A DNA stretch of 64,000 bases, taken from positions 193,652-257,651 of the forward strand of contig JAWCQZ010000003.1 in NCBI GenBank assembly GCA_038869515.1. Reading direction: 5' to 3'. Positions 1-8,055 of the stretch are shown one piece after another. The position numbers were made by a program, and so were the translations under genes. Below the pieces are notes generated by a model, which had not been told where the DNA came from, made no database searches, and saw nothing but the letters and a program-made list of their open reading frames with translations. The DNA is from Halobacteria archaeon (GTDB taxonomy: Archaea; Halobacteriota; Syntropharchaeia; JACQPP01). How positions within the stretch are numbered: position 1 is the stretch's first letter; every line of letters starts with the position of its first letter.

Positions 1-3000
1 CGACGGTGAAGGCGGCGGTCTGGAAGGAGCCCGAGGCGGGAGTGGTGTTGGAGGTGTTCGGGGCGTCGAGGTCCACGCGGAAGGCCCAGGTGGTGTTGTT
101 GCGATTCCCCGCGCGGTCGGTGAGGTTCACCGTCACATTAACCGTGGTGTTGTTGGCGTAGGTGTCGGCGAACGGAGTGAAGGAGATGTTGAATCCGTTG
201 GCGATGGGCGTGCAGTTGAGCGGCGCCGCGCACCCGTCGCCGACCCCCGGAGTAGAGTTGTTCAGGGTGAAGTTGATGGAGGGCTTCGAGACGTTGGACA
301 GGGCGTCGGTGGCGTTGATGAAGATGGCGGGCCGGGTCCGGTTGGTGAACGACTGGGGAAAGCGTCCCGCGAAATCGAACACCGGCGGGTTGGGGTCCAC
401 CGTGAACGACCATGTGAAGTTGGGGGCCATGCCGTTGCCCGACGAGTCGGTCACGTTGATTTCGACGTTGACATTGGCTCCCGCGGCAAAATCCCAGGGA
501 GGCGTGAAATTCAGCGTGGTCAAGGAAGCCGAGCAGGAGTTCTGGACGCATCCGCCCGAACTCCACGAGCCGGCTCCCGAGGCGCAGACGAGCGAGCCGT
601 TCACTTTCATGGAGGCGGACTCGATGGGGCAGGTCCCCCCCAGGTTCCCGGCGTCGTCCTTCACGATGACCTTGATGGAGGGCCGCGTCAGGTTCGTGAA
701 ATTGGTGTGGTTGGGTGTCTCGTTCACCGCGTAGGGCACGTCGTTGTTCACCCGGAAGGTCCAGTTGATGCTGAAGTTGGTCGAGTTGAAGTTCCCGGCG
801 AGGTCGCTCGCGTTCACGGTGACGTTCACCACGCTTCCGTTGCCGAGGGTCTGGTTGAACTCGTAGACAAGGCTGAGGTTGCAGGGGCCTCCGCCGCCGC
901 ACGAGGTGCCTTCGGTGCAGGAGACGTTGGCAGTGTCGGAGTCGCAGGTGGCCTGGAAGACCGTCGTGTTGTTCTCCACCCGGATGAAGACCGTGGAGCG
1001 GTTCACGCCGGAGGGGATGTCCGTCAGGTTCACCGAGATGCGCGGAGTGGGGTCGCCGGTCGTGGAGTTGTTGGCGGGCTTCAGGTCGTTGAAGACCGGG
1101 GCGCCGGTGTCCACGGTGAAGTTCCAGGAGAACGTCGTGGTCCGGTTGGAGTAGTCGGTGGCGTTGGCGGTGGCGAAGACGCGAGTGTTGTTTTTTATTT
1201 GGTGGTCCGCTGCCTGGAGGAGAGACAGGTTGAAACCTGCCGTGACCGCGGCCACGCCGGCATTGCCGAGCCGGTCGCAGTTGGTCCCGCTGCTTCCGCC
1301 TTCGAATTTCGTGCAGGCCACGTCGGGAACGGCTGCAGTCAGGCTCCCGTTCTGGTACACGACGGTGATGTTCATGCTGGCCCGGTTGACCCCGGTCCCG
1401 TTGTCGGTGAAGAGGACGGCGATGGTGGGCCGGGTGCTGCCGGTGAAGTTGGACCGGTTGGGGGTCTCGTTCGTCGCGTTCGGCGCCAAGTTGTCCACGG
1501 CCACCGAGTCGTTCAGCCAGTGGGAACCGTTCAGAAAGTCGGAGCAGTTCTTCGCCTTGTCGCAGACGCGGACCGAGATGTTGTAGAGGCCGTCGGCGGC
1601 GCTGGAGTTCAGGGTCACCGACGCGATTTCTGTCCGGGCGGAGTTGCCGGTGGACGCGGGAGAAGAGTTGACGGTGACGTTCAGGCTCGTCGTCCAGTTG
1701 GTCACGTTGAGGGTGTAGTTGACCGGGTTCGTCTCGTTGTAAAGGAAGGCGAAGGTCACCGTGCCGCCGGCGGTGGTGTTGGCGCGGGTGCTGCCGTTCA
1801 CCATGCCGGTCGGGAAGGTGAGGTTCACCAATGGCCCCGTGTGGTCCACGACGACCGAGAGGTTGGAGAAGACCGTGACGTTGTTCGAAGAGTTGTCGAA
1901 GAGCGTGACCGAGATGTTCACGTCGCCCTCCGCCGCGCCGCCCGTGCTGTTGTTCATGGGGGTGAAAAAGACGCGGAGGGTCTGGTCCTGGCCGCCGGCG
2001 AGCCGGGCCGGGACGCAGGTGTTGTTGTCCTGGGCGCCGAAGCAGGCCGTGGTGTTGGCGAGGACCGTGGTGTTGTTCAGGGTCAGATTGATCGTGGCGT
2101 TGGCGGGGCTGAACTCGGTGTAGTTGACGCTGACCTCCAGGTTCGGGTTGGTCCACCGTGAGATGTAGGTCTTGTTGGTGGAGTTCGGGTAGTTGAACGT
2201 GACCGAGGGCGCGACGGTGTCGTTTCCCAGGAGGAGGACGAGGAGGGTGTTGGCCGTGACGTTCAGGACCGTGCTGTTGTTCGTGTAACCGGTTTTGTTG
2301 GCGGTGATGTCGTGGGGGATGTAGGTGTCGTTGGCCCCCGACCGGTTCACGAACTCGGCGACCTCCTGGATGGGAATGTAGCCGGTGGCGTTGGTGGCGT
2401 TGGCGGCGAATGTCACTGCGCCGGTGCGGTTCGTGGCGTTGATCAGCGCGCCCTGCACCGGGTTGCTCTCGTTGGTCAGGACACGGACGGAGAGGAACCA
2501 GCGGCGGGTCAGGGAGGAGGTGTCGGAGACGTTCGCCTTGGCCGCGGCATAGGAGGTGTTCACGGCGAATGCGGAGGAGCCTCCGGTGAGATTGAAATCG
2601 AGGACCAGGGACGCGGCGATGGTGGAATTGGCCAGCCGGACGTGGCTGGCCGAGTGGAGGCGGACCGCGGTGTCGCCGGTGTCGAGGAGAGAGGAGGCCT
2701 CGTGGGTGATGTTGGTCGCGTTGCTGGCGTTGTAGGCAAGCGTGTGGTTTCTCAAGGTGTTCCCGCGGAAGGAGTGGGCATTCGAGTTCTCGATGAAAAT
2801 CCCCGTGGTGCTGTTGTTGAAGGTGTTGTTGACGAAGGCCCCGCTGTTGCTCGCGGAGATGTTCAGGTTCGCCCCGCTGTGATTCCACGCCAGGCTGTCG
2901 GAGACGTTGTTCCCCGCGGCCCCGGCCTCAAGCCGGATGCCGCTCACAGAGTTGTTGAAAAAGCGATTCGTGGCATTCACGAGATTGGATGAGGTGGCGC

Positions 3001-3985
3001 TGAGGAGCAGGCCGTGGAGCCCGCTGAACGACACGGTATTGCCCTGGAGGGTGTTGTTGAGGCCGGAGACCAGCGCGATTCCCGACGTCCCGCTGAAACT
3101 CACGATGTTGTCGCGGACGGAGCTGTGGTTCGACGGCGCCAGCAGGAATCCGGAGCCGTTGTTGAAACTCGCGTTGCTGTTCCGGAGGGTGTTGTTGTCG
3201 CTCCGGTTCAGGAGGAGGAATCCGCTCTGGCTGTTGTTGCGGGCCGTGACGTTCTGGACCGTCACATTGCCGGAGCCGTCCAGCACCACGCCGTTCTGGC
3301 TGAAGTTGGCGCTGCTGTCCCGGAGGAGGCTGTCATTGGAGGAGTTCAGCGCGATCCCGAACCCGACGATGTTGTTCACGGTGTTGTTGAGGAGGGTCGC
3401 GTTCCGGGAGGAGACCACATGGAGTCCTGCCGTGCCGTTGTTCACAGAGTTCCACTGGAGCGTGCTGTTGGGCGCGGTGTCCAGGCGGGCGCCAGCCGCG
3501 TTGGACTCGAAGAGATTGCCCGTGAGGTTCACTTGGAACCCCGTGGCGTTGACCCCGGCCCGCCCTGTGGCGGTGGCGTTTTGGAGGCGGAGGAAAGCGA
3601 TGGTGACGTTGGGGGCGCCGATGGTGACCGCGTCGGTGGAGTTCGGCGTCGCGTTCACGGTCGCGTCGAGGGCGGTCGTGTTGTTGCCGCGGAGGGTCAT
3701 GTTGGTCTTGTTCACCAGGAGAGGTTCGTCGTAGAGCCCGCCGCAGACCCGGACCTCGTCACCGAAGATGACGTTGCTGCTGTTGAAGCCGGCGGTCGTG
3801 ATGAAGTTCACCAGGAACACCTGCGAGATGTTGGTGAAGTTGCCCCGATAGACGTGCCCCTCCGCCGCGAAGTTCGCCCCGAGGCAGGGGCCCGCGCCGG
3901 TCTGGTTGACGATGGCCACGCCGTGCCCCCCCTGGGCGGCCCCGGTCAACGCGAGGAGGGCGAGGCCCAGGAACACCGCGCGCAT
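1..3985 (-). CDS. Very large secreted surface (S-layer-like) glycoprotein. The C-terminus lies beyond the left edge of the window (at least 1328 aa visible).
   Basis: Absent from the ORF track because there is no stop in the window. ATG at 3985 (alternative in-frame ATG at 4015) opens a frame I could read without stops down to position 2. Codon tops at 3985, 1498, 1114, 751, 400 and 76 are all 1 mod 3. The N-terminus MRAVFLGLALLALTGAAQG looks like a signal peptide. Residues ~100-420 are ~22-aa NosD/PbH1-type parallel beta-helix repeats (..NNTL.GN.., SGIAL..S.NN). The C-terminal half is tandem ~108-128-aa Ig-like (Big_5/SbsA-like) modules, each ending W.F.VD..P. It is extremely rich in N-x-S/T sequons. 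Confidence 0.85.
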   Translation of the reverse strand, partial: MRAVFLGLALLALTGAAQGGHGVAIVNQTGAGPCLGANFAAEGHVYRGNFTNISQVFLVNFITTAGFNSSNVIFGDEVRVCGGLYDEPLLVNKTNMTLRGNNTTALDATVNATPNSTDAVTIGAPNVTIAFLRLQNATATGRAGVNATGFQVNLTGNLFESNAAGARLDTAPNSTLQWNSVNNGTAGLHVVSSRNATLLNNTVNNIVGFGIALNSSNDSLLRDSSANFSQNGVVLDGSGNVTVQNVTARNNSQSGFLLLNRSDNNTLRNSNASFNNGSGFLLAPSNHSSVRDNIVSFSGTSGIALVSGLNNTLQGNTVSFSGLHGLLLSATSSNLVNATNRFFNNSVSGIRLEAGAAGNNVSDSLAWNHSGANLNISASNSGAFVNNTFNNSTTGIFIENSNAHSFRGNTLRNHTLAYNASNATNITHEASSLLDTGDTAVRLHSASHVRLANSTIAASLVLDFNLTGGSSAFAVNTSYAAAKANVSDTSSLTRRWFLSVRVLTNESNPVQGALINATNRTGAVTFAANATNATGYIPIQEVAEFVNRSGANDTYIPHDITANKTGYTNNSTVLNVTANTLLVLLLGNDTVAPSVTFNYPNSTNKTYISRWTNPNLEVSVNYTEFSPANATINLTLNNTTVLANTTACFGAQDNNTCVPARLAGGQDQTLRVFFTPMNNSTGGAAEGDVNISVTLFDNSSNNVTVFSNLSVVVDHTGPLVNLTFPTGMVNGSTRANTTAGGTVTFAFLYNETNPVNYTLNVTNWTTSLNVTVNSSPASTGNSARTEIASVTLNSSAADGLYNISVRVCDKAKNCSDFLNGSHWLNDSVAVDNLAPNATNETPNRSNFTGSTRPTIAVLFTDNGTGVNRASMNITVVYQNGSLTAAVPDVACTKFEGGSSGTNCDRLGNAGVAAVTAGFNLSLLQAADHQIKNNTRVFATANATDYSNRTTTFSWNFTVDTGAPVFNDLKPANNSTTGDPTPRISVNLTDIPSGVNRSTVFIRVENNTTVFQATCDSDTANVSCTEGTSCGGGGPCNLSLVYEFNQTLGNGSVVNVTVNASDLAGNFNSTNFSINWTFRVNNDVPYAVNETPNHTNFTNLTRPSIKVIVKDDAGNLGGTCPIESASMKVNGSLVCASGAGSWSSGGCVQNSCSASLTTLNFTPPWDFAAGANVNVEINVTDSSGNGMAPNFTWSFTVDPNPPVFDFAGRFPQSFTNRTRPAIFINATDALSNVSKPSINFTLNNSTPGVGDGCAAPLNCTPIANGFNISFTPFADTYANNTTVNVTVNLTDRAGNRNNTTWAFRVDLDAPNTSNTTPASGSFQTAAFTV

Positions 3986-4161
3986 GAACGGAGAGGGGAG
4001 TGGCACGTTTCTCATAAAGACACTTGCGAAAAGGTTCAACGGACCGTTCCGGACGGTTTCATCCACTCCATGGGGCCCCCGTGGTTAAAACCCATTTCGT
4101 GTTCCGGAATTCGGAAGAAACCGGCAGCGGGACCCGCTATTCCTCAAGCCGATGGGCGGGG

Positions 4162-4173
4162 AAACTATATAAC
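4162..4173 (+). promoter_or_regulatory. TATA-like box (AAACTATATAAC) about 27 nt upstream of ATG 4195, implying a leaderless transcript
   Basis: AT-rich element in a GC-rich intergenic region at the canonical archaeal TATA-to-start distance. Confidence 0.45.
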
Positions 4174-4194
4174 GCGCCTTCCTCCCGGTGAATC

Positions 4195-4518
4195 ATGGGG
4201 CTCTGGTCGCTGATTCTGGCCGCCGTCCCGGGGGCCCCCCCGGGGCCGCAGCCCATCACGCGGCGGCTTGCCACCGCGGCCCGGGCGGGCTTCGTCCGGA
4301 CCTGGATCGAGAGTTTCCTCCAGGGCTCGGGGTGCTGCTGCGGCGCCGCCGTCTCCTTCGGCATGGTCCTGTTCCTCATCGGCGCCACCGCGCCCCTCTG
4401 GCAGCCCCAACTCCAGCAGGCCCTGCCGCGCGCCATCCCGGGATTCGAGCTGCCCCTCGCGGCCGCCGCGCTGGCTGTCGGGGCGCTCCTCGCCCGGCAC
4501 CGGAACCGACGGCCGTAG
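4195..4518 (+). CDS. Small membrane protein with a PGF-CTERM-like tail
   Basis: Track ORF of 107 aa with GC3-rich codons and hydrophobic helices. The C-terminus IPGF-ELPLAAAALAVGALLA-RHRNRRP has PGF, a TM helix and a basic tail. A TATA-like box lies upstream. Confidence 0.5.
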   Translation: MGLWSLILAAVPGAPPGPQPITRRLATAARAGFVRTWIESFLQGSGCCCGAAVSFGMVLFLIGATAPLWQPQLQQALPRAIPGFELPLAAAALAVGALLARHRNRRP

Positions 4519-4524
4519 AGGGGT

Positions 4525-5346
4525 TCAGCGGTGCGCGCCGCCGTGGTCGGAGGCCGAGGCGACCGTCCGCCGCACCATCCGCCGGAGGGCGGGGAGGTCT
4601 CCCCCGCGGGAGATGCGGAAGCGGGCCCCCCGGAAGCCGCCCCGGGGAGAGGGGGCGAGGGGACGGTAGCCGGAGAGGGGCTCCCGCTTGCGGAACACGG
4701 CCCCGAAAGCGGGCCGGAAGGTGACCTCCACGAAACCCGCCGAAGGGCGGAGTTCCAGGAAGGGGCGCGAGCGGTGCCAGAAGAGCAGGGCGCCGTCCCT
4801 CGCCTCCACCTTCTCCGACAGGCCGGTCCCGATGAGGTCGAGGGCGACCGCCGCCGCGAGCCGCCGGGCCGCGGAGTTGCGGACCTTCCCGAGCCGCCCC
4901 GCCACCCCTGCCATCTGGCGCAACTCCGGCTGAAACCTCTCGGCGAGTCGGGCGGTGAGGGCGGAGGAGGAGGCGAGGAGGTGGGGCTCCACGGCCCGCA
5001 CGCGGACGATGCGGGCCCGGAGCCCGCGCTTCGCGAGCTCCGCCTCCAGCCACTTCTCGTCGAAGTGCTGGTCGGGCCCGAGGGCGATGACGTCGGGCCG
5101 GATATCGGGGAGGAACTCGAAGATGTCCCTGGAGGAGCCGAGGAGGGCCCGGTCCACGGCCTTCAGGGCCGCCACCATCCGGAGCCGCTGCTTCTCGGGC
5201 ATCAGCGGGGGGGGCTTGTGCTTCACGTGGACGTCCCGGGCCACGATGACCCACAACTCGTCGCCGAGTTTGCGCGCCTCCTCGAGGTAGGTCAGATGGC
5301 CAGGGTGCAGGATGTCAAATGTTCCTGTCGCAAGAACGCGGGTCAT
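4525..5346 (-). CDS. ribL: FMN adenylyltransferase (archaeal FAD synthetase RibL) with an extra ~135-aa C-terminal region of unknown family
   Basis: Track ORF 4525..5397 trimmed to ATG 5346. MTRVLATGTFDILHPGHLTYLEEARKLGDELWVIVARD... is colinear with archaeal RibL over ~137 aa (cytidylyltransferase HxGH motif). The ATG overlaps the upstream stop (ATGA). Confidence 0.8.
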   Translation of the reverse strand: MTRVLATGTFDILHPGHLTYLEEARKLGDELWVIVARDVHVKHKPPPLMPEKQRLRMVAALKAVDRALLGSSRDIFEFLPDIRPDVIALGPDQHFDEKWLEAELAKRGLRARIVRVRAVEPHLLASSSALTARLAERFQPELRQMAGVAGRLGKVRNSAARRLAAAVALDLIGTGLSEKVEARDGALLFWHRSRPFLELRPSAGFVEVTFRPAFGAVFRKREPLSGYRPLAPSPRGGFRGARFRISRGGDLPALRRMVRRTVASASDHGGAHR

Positions 5347-5795
5347 CTCTTCCTCCTGCCGGTCTTCGCCTTGAGGCTCTTCAACTCCTCCTCCCACAGC
5401 GGCTCCAGGGGGCCGGGGGTCTCGTCGAGGACCGCCAGGCCCACCGGCGATCCGCCCGCGTCGTAGCAGCCCCAGGTGTCCTCCCGGTAGGGCCAGCCGG
5501 CGATGATGTGGCGGTCGCCCTGCTGGGAGAAGAGGTGGAGGTCCTCGTCGGAGGGCTCGAACTCCTCCGTGGGGTGGCTGTGGACCGAGCCCGCCACGCG
5601 GACCCCGAGGGGCATCATGTGGGTCGGGATGTGGGCGCTCGCCTCGTCCTCGGTGGTCCCGGGGAGGACGTGGACGTTGACGATGAGGCCGGTCCGGTCC
5701 GCCTCCATGAGGCCGGCGAACTCCTTCGGGTGCTTCTTGCGCGCGCTCTCGAGGATGAAAAGGAGAGTCTCGCGGGAGATGCCGCGGATTTTCAT
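5343..5795 (-). CDS. JAMM/MPN+ metalloprotease (Mov34/MPN/PAD-1 family)
   Basis: Last 150 aa of track ORF 5343..6503, starting MKIRGISRE. JAMM motif HSHPTEEFEPSDED (HxHx7Sx2D). ATGA overlaps with both neighbours. The upstream part of the track ORF is an out-of-frame read of pyrF. Confidence 0.85.
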   Translation of the reverse strand: MKIRGISRETLLFILESARKKHPKEFAGLMEADRTGLIVNVHVLPGTTEDEASAHIPTHMMPLGVRVAGSVHSHPTEEFEPSDEDLHLFSQQGDRHIIAGWPYREDTWGCYDAGGSPVGLAVLDETPGPLEPLWEEELKSLKAKTGRRKR

Positions 5796-6454
5796 CCCGC
5801 GCGCCCGGCCCTCCGGATGGCCTCCACCAGCCTCTCGGCCGCCGGCCGGGGGTTCCGGGCCCGCACCAGCGACCGGCCGACGATGAGCCAGTCGGCCCCC
5901 GCCCGGACCGCGCGGGCGGCGTCGCCTCCCTGCGCCCCGACGCCGGGGGCGAGGACCGGGAGCCCGGAGACCGTCTTCAGCCTGCGGATGCGGGCGGGAC
6001 GGGTGGCGGGGGCGATGAGCCCCGCGGCCCCGGCCGAGCGGGCCGCGCGGGCGATGGACCCGGCCGCGGGAGCCAGGTAGGTCGCGCCCCCGGGGTGGGA
6101 CATCTCCGCGACGACGAACACCTCGCCCCGGTGGCGGCGGGCCGCGGCGACGCACCGCTCCACCGTGTCGCGGCCCGAGAAGCCCTGGACGATGGCCGCC
6201 GAGGCCCCGGCCCGGAGGGCGCGCTCCACCATCGCCTCGCCGGTCTCCGGGATGTCGGCGACCTTGAGGTCGGCGATGAGGGGGGCGCGGGTCCGGCGGC
6301 GCAGGTCGCGCAGGACCGAGACGCTCTCGCCCATGAGGAGCGGGAGGCCGATTTTGAAGCCGTCGGCGAGGCCGTCGAGAGCGCGCGCCAGGCTGAGGGC
6401 GTGCCGGCCCGTCGGCACGTCGAGGGCCACCACGAGCCCGGTGCGGCGCTTCAT
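5792..6454 (-). CDS. pyrF: Orotidine 5'-phosphate decarboxylase
   Basis: 220 aa: LVVALDV...FKIG...ADLKVADIPET...IVGRS, a typical OMP decarboxylase pattern. Confidence 0.9.
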   Translation of the reverse strand: MKRRTGLVVALDVPTGRHALSLARALDGLADGFKIGLPLLMGESVSVLRDLRRRTRAPLIADLKVADIPETGEAMVERALRAGASAAIVQGFSGRDTVERCVAAARRHRGEVFVVAEMSHPGGATYLAPAAGSIARAARSAGAAGLIAPATRPARIRRLKTVSGLPVLAPGVGAQGGDAARAVRAGADWLIVGRSLVRARNPRPAAERLVEAIRRAGRAG

Positions 6455-7410
6455 CCTCTCCCCTTCTTCGCCGGGGGTTTAACCCGGTCCCGCAGGGCGG
6501 CAACGAGCAGGGGCAGCACCAGGGTCGCCTCCGCCGGGACCACGACGGTCCTGGCCCGGGAGCGGACCTTGCCCCAGGACACCGCTTCGACCGGCGGGGC
6601 CCCCGAGAGCCCCCCGGTCTCGGGCCGGTCGGTGGTGACCTGGACCGCCCAGTCGAACCCGCTGGGGGTCACCATCATCGCCTGGAGGGCGAAATTCTTC
6701 GGGACGCCGCCGCCGAGGACGACGATGCCCGCGCGCTTCGATTCGTAGCAGATGTCGATGAGGTCGCGCATGTCGGCGAAGGCGTCCACGACGAGGCGGC
6801 GCTGCTGGAGGAAGAGCCACACCTGGAGACCGATGGCCGAGTCGGCGAGGGCCGGGCAGAAGAGCGGGACCCCGCGCTCCCGGGCGGCGCGGAGGATGGA
6901 GTGGCGGTCCTTCACCGAGTCGGCGATGGCTTCGAGGAGCTGGCGAAGGCTGAGGGTCCGGCCCTCCAGCGGCTCCAGGACCGACTGCAGGTGCTTTTCG
7001 AGCCGGATGAAGTCGCGGTCGGGCATCGCGACGTCGTAGATGCGGTTGAGCCCGCGCCGCCGCAGGGCCCCGTCGTCCCAGGGGGGCTCGACCGAGTAGT
7101 GGCGGCCCCCGAGGGCCTCCACCAGGTCGTGGACCAGCGTCGCGCCGCTGGTGACGAGAACGTCCACGTAGCCCTCCCGGACGAGGCCGGAGAGGAGCCT
7201 CCGCATGCCCGCAGGGACGAGGGCGCCGGAGAGGGTGAGGAACCGGGTCGCCCTGGAACGGACCATCTCCTCCCAAACGTCGGCCGCCTCGGCGACCCGG
7301 CCGGCGGTGAACCCCGCTCCCCGGAACCCCTCGACGAGGCCGGCCACGGTCGTCCCGGGGCCGAACTCCAGTTGGTCCACCGGGCGGGGGGCGGCGGGGC
7401 GTCGGGCCAT
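6451..7410 (-). CDS. dys: Deoxyhypusine synthase
   Basis: Track ORF 6451..7671 trimmed to ATG 7410, because the extension runs through tRNA-Ser. ...LTLSGALVPAGMR...VDVLVTSGATLVHD...VVLGGGVPKNF... matches the DHS family. Confidence 0.9.
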   Translation of the reverse strand: MARRPAAPRPVDQLEFGPGTTVAGLVEGFRGAGFTAGRVAEAADVWEEMVRSRATRFLTLSGALVPAGMRRLLSGLVREGYVDVLVTSGATLVHDLVEALGGRHYSVEPPWDDGALRRRGLNRIYDVAMPDRDFIRLEKHLQSVLEPLEGRTLSLRQLLEAIADSVKDRHSILRAARERGVPLFCPALADSAIGLQVWLFLQQRRLVVDAFADMRDLIDICYESKRAGIVVLGGGVPKNFALQAMMVTPSGFDWAVQVTTDRPETGGLSGAPPVEAVSWGKVRSRARTVVVPAEATLVLPLLVAALRDRVKPPAKKGRG

Positions 7411-7487
7411 CGGTCCCCCTTCCGAAACGAGACGGATAAAACCACGGAAATCCCCGGACCGGGGGAGAGGGGGGTGGACCCGTGGAC

Positions 7488-7521
7488 GGGGGGAGAGGGG
7501 GGCTTCGCCCCCTCTCCCCCC
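7488..7521. repeat. G-tract/C-tract hairpin (GGGGGGAGAGGGGG-GCTTCG-CCCCCTCTCCCCCC) 10 nt beyond the 3' end of tRNA-Ser
   Basis: ~14-bp perfect stem read directly. An extra direct copy of GGGGGAGAGGGGGG lies at 7461..7474. A near-identical hairpin lies 3' of tRNA-Gln at 36874..36899. Confidence 0.7.
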
Positions 7522-7530
7522 GGCGACCGT

Positions 7531-7614
7531 CGCCGGAGGTGGGAATTGAACCCACGCGTCCCTTTCGGGACACAGGTTTTCCAGACCTGCGCATTGCCGC
7601 TTTGCTACCCCGGC
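7531..7614 (-). tRNA. tRNA-Ser (anticodon GGA)
   Basis: Reverse complement folds as a class II tRNA. Acceptor GCCGGGG/CTCCGGC, anticodon stem CAGGT/ACCTG with loop CTGGAAA, long variable arm GTCCC-GAAA-GGGAC, T arm GTGGG-TTCAATT-CCCAC. No encoded CCA. Confidence 0.85.
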
Positions 7615-7695
7615 CTCCTGGGAGAAGGGGTTTCGCGCCCTCTCCGTTTCAGGACGACTCCTCTCCCCCACTCTCCAAGACTGAAAAATTCTCCG

Positions 7696-8055
7696 TCAGT
7701 TCGGTTTTTGCGGAGCCTTGACGAAAGGCGCAAGGCCGCGGCCCACCGATGCCCCGAGGGCAGCCAGGGCCGCCCCGACGCCGAGGCTCCCCAGGACGAA
7801 AACGACGACGCCCCCCGGGAGGCCGAGGGCGCTCCCGAGGGCACTCGCCACGCGGCCCCCGGGGCCCGCCATCTGGAGCAGCAGGAACAGGAGCCAGCCC
7901 GCGCCGGCACCCGCGACAGCCGAGGAGACCGGGCGGCCCTTGGCGATGGCGCCGGCGACTGCGCCCGCCAGGGCCGCGCTCTGCCAGAGGCCGAGGGCGA
8001 GGCCGGCGACCGTGACCGCGAAGGAGAGGAGCATCCCACGCAGGTCGAATCTCAT
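7696..8055 (-). CDS. Small Gly/Ala-rich multi-pass membrane protein
   Basis: Last 119 aa of track ORF 7696..8967, starting MRFDLRGMLLSFAVTVAGLALGL. The ATG overlaps the stop of the upstream acylase (ATGA). Confidence 0.6.
   Translation of the reverse strand: MRFDLRGMLLSFAVTVAGLALGLWQSAALAGAVAGAIAKGRPVSSAVAGAGAGWLLFLLLQMAGPGGRVASALGSALGLPGGVVVFVLGSLGVGAALAALGASVGRGLAPFVKAPQKPN

Noticed and set aside
138-2888. 916-aa minus-strand ORF from the track (and the plus-strand ORFs 707..2161 and 3014..4213)
   Set aside because: Arg/His/Gln/Pro/Gly-dominated junk composition. The real gene is the neighbouring minus-strand frame (codon tops 1 mod 3), which encodes a coherent signal peptide, beta-helix repeats and Ig-like modules and stays open to the window edge.
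6451-7671. Long N-terminal extensions of dys (to 7671) and moaE (36321..36800)
   Set aside because: The extensions use GTG/TTG starts and run through tRNA-Ser and tRNA-Gln respectively. Internal ATGs (7410 and 36737) give proteins of canonical length.
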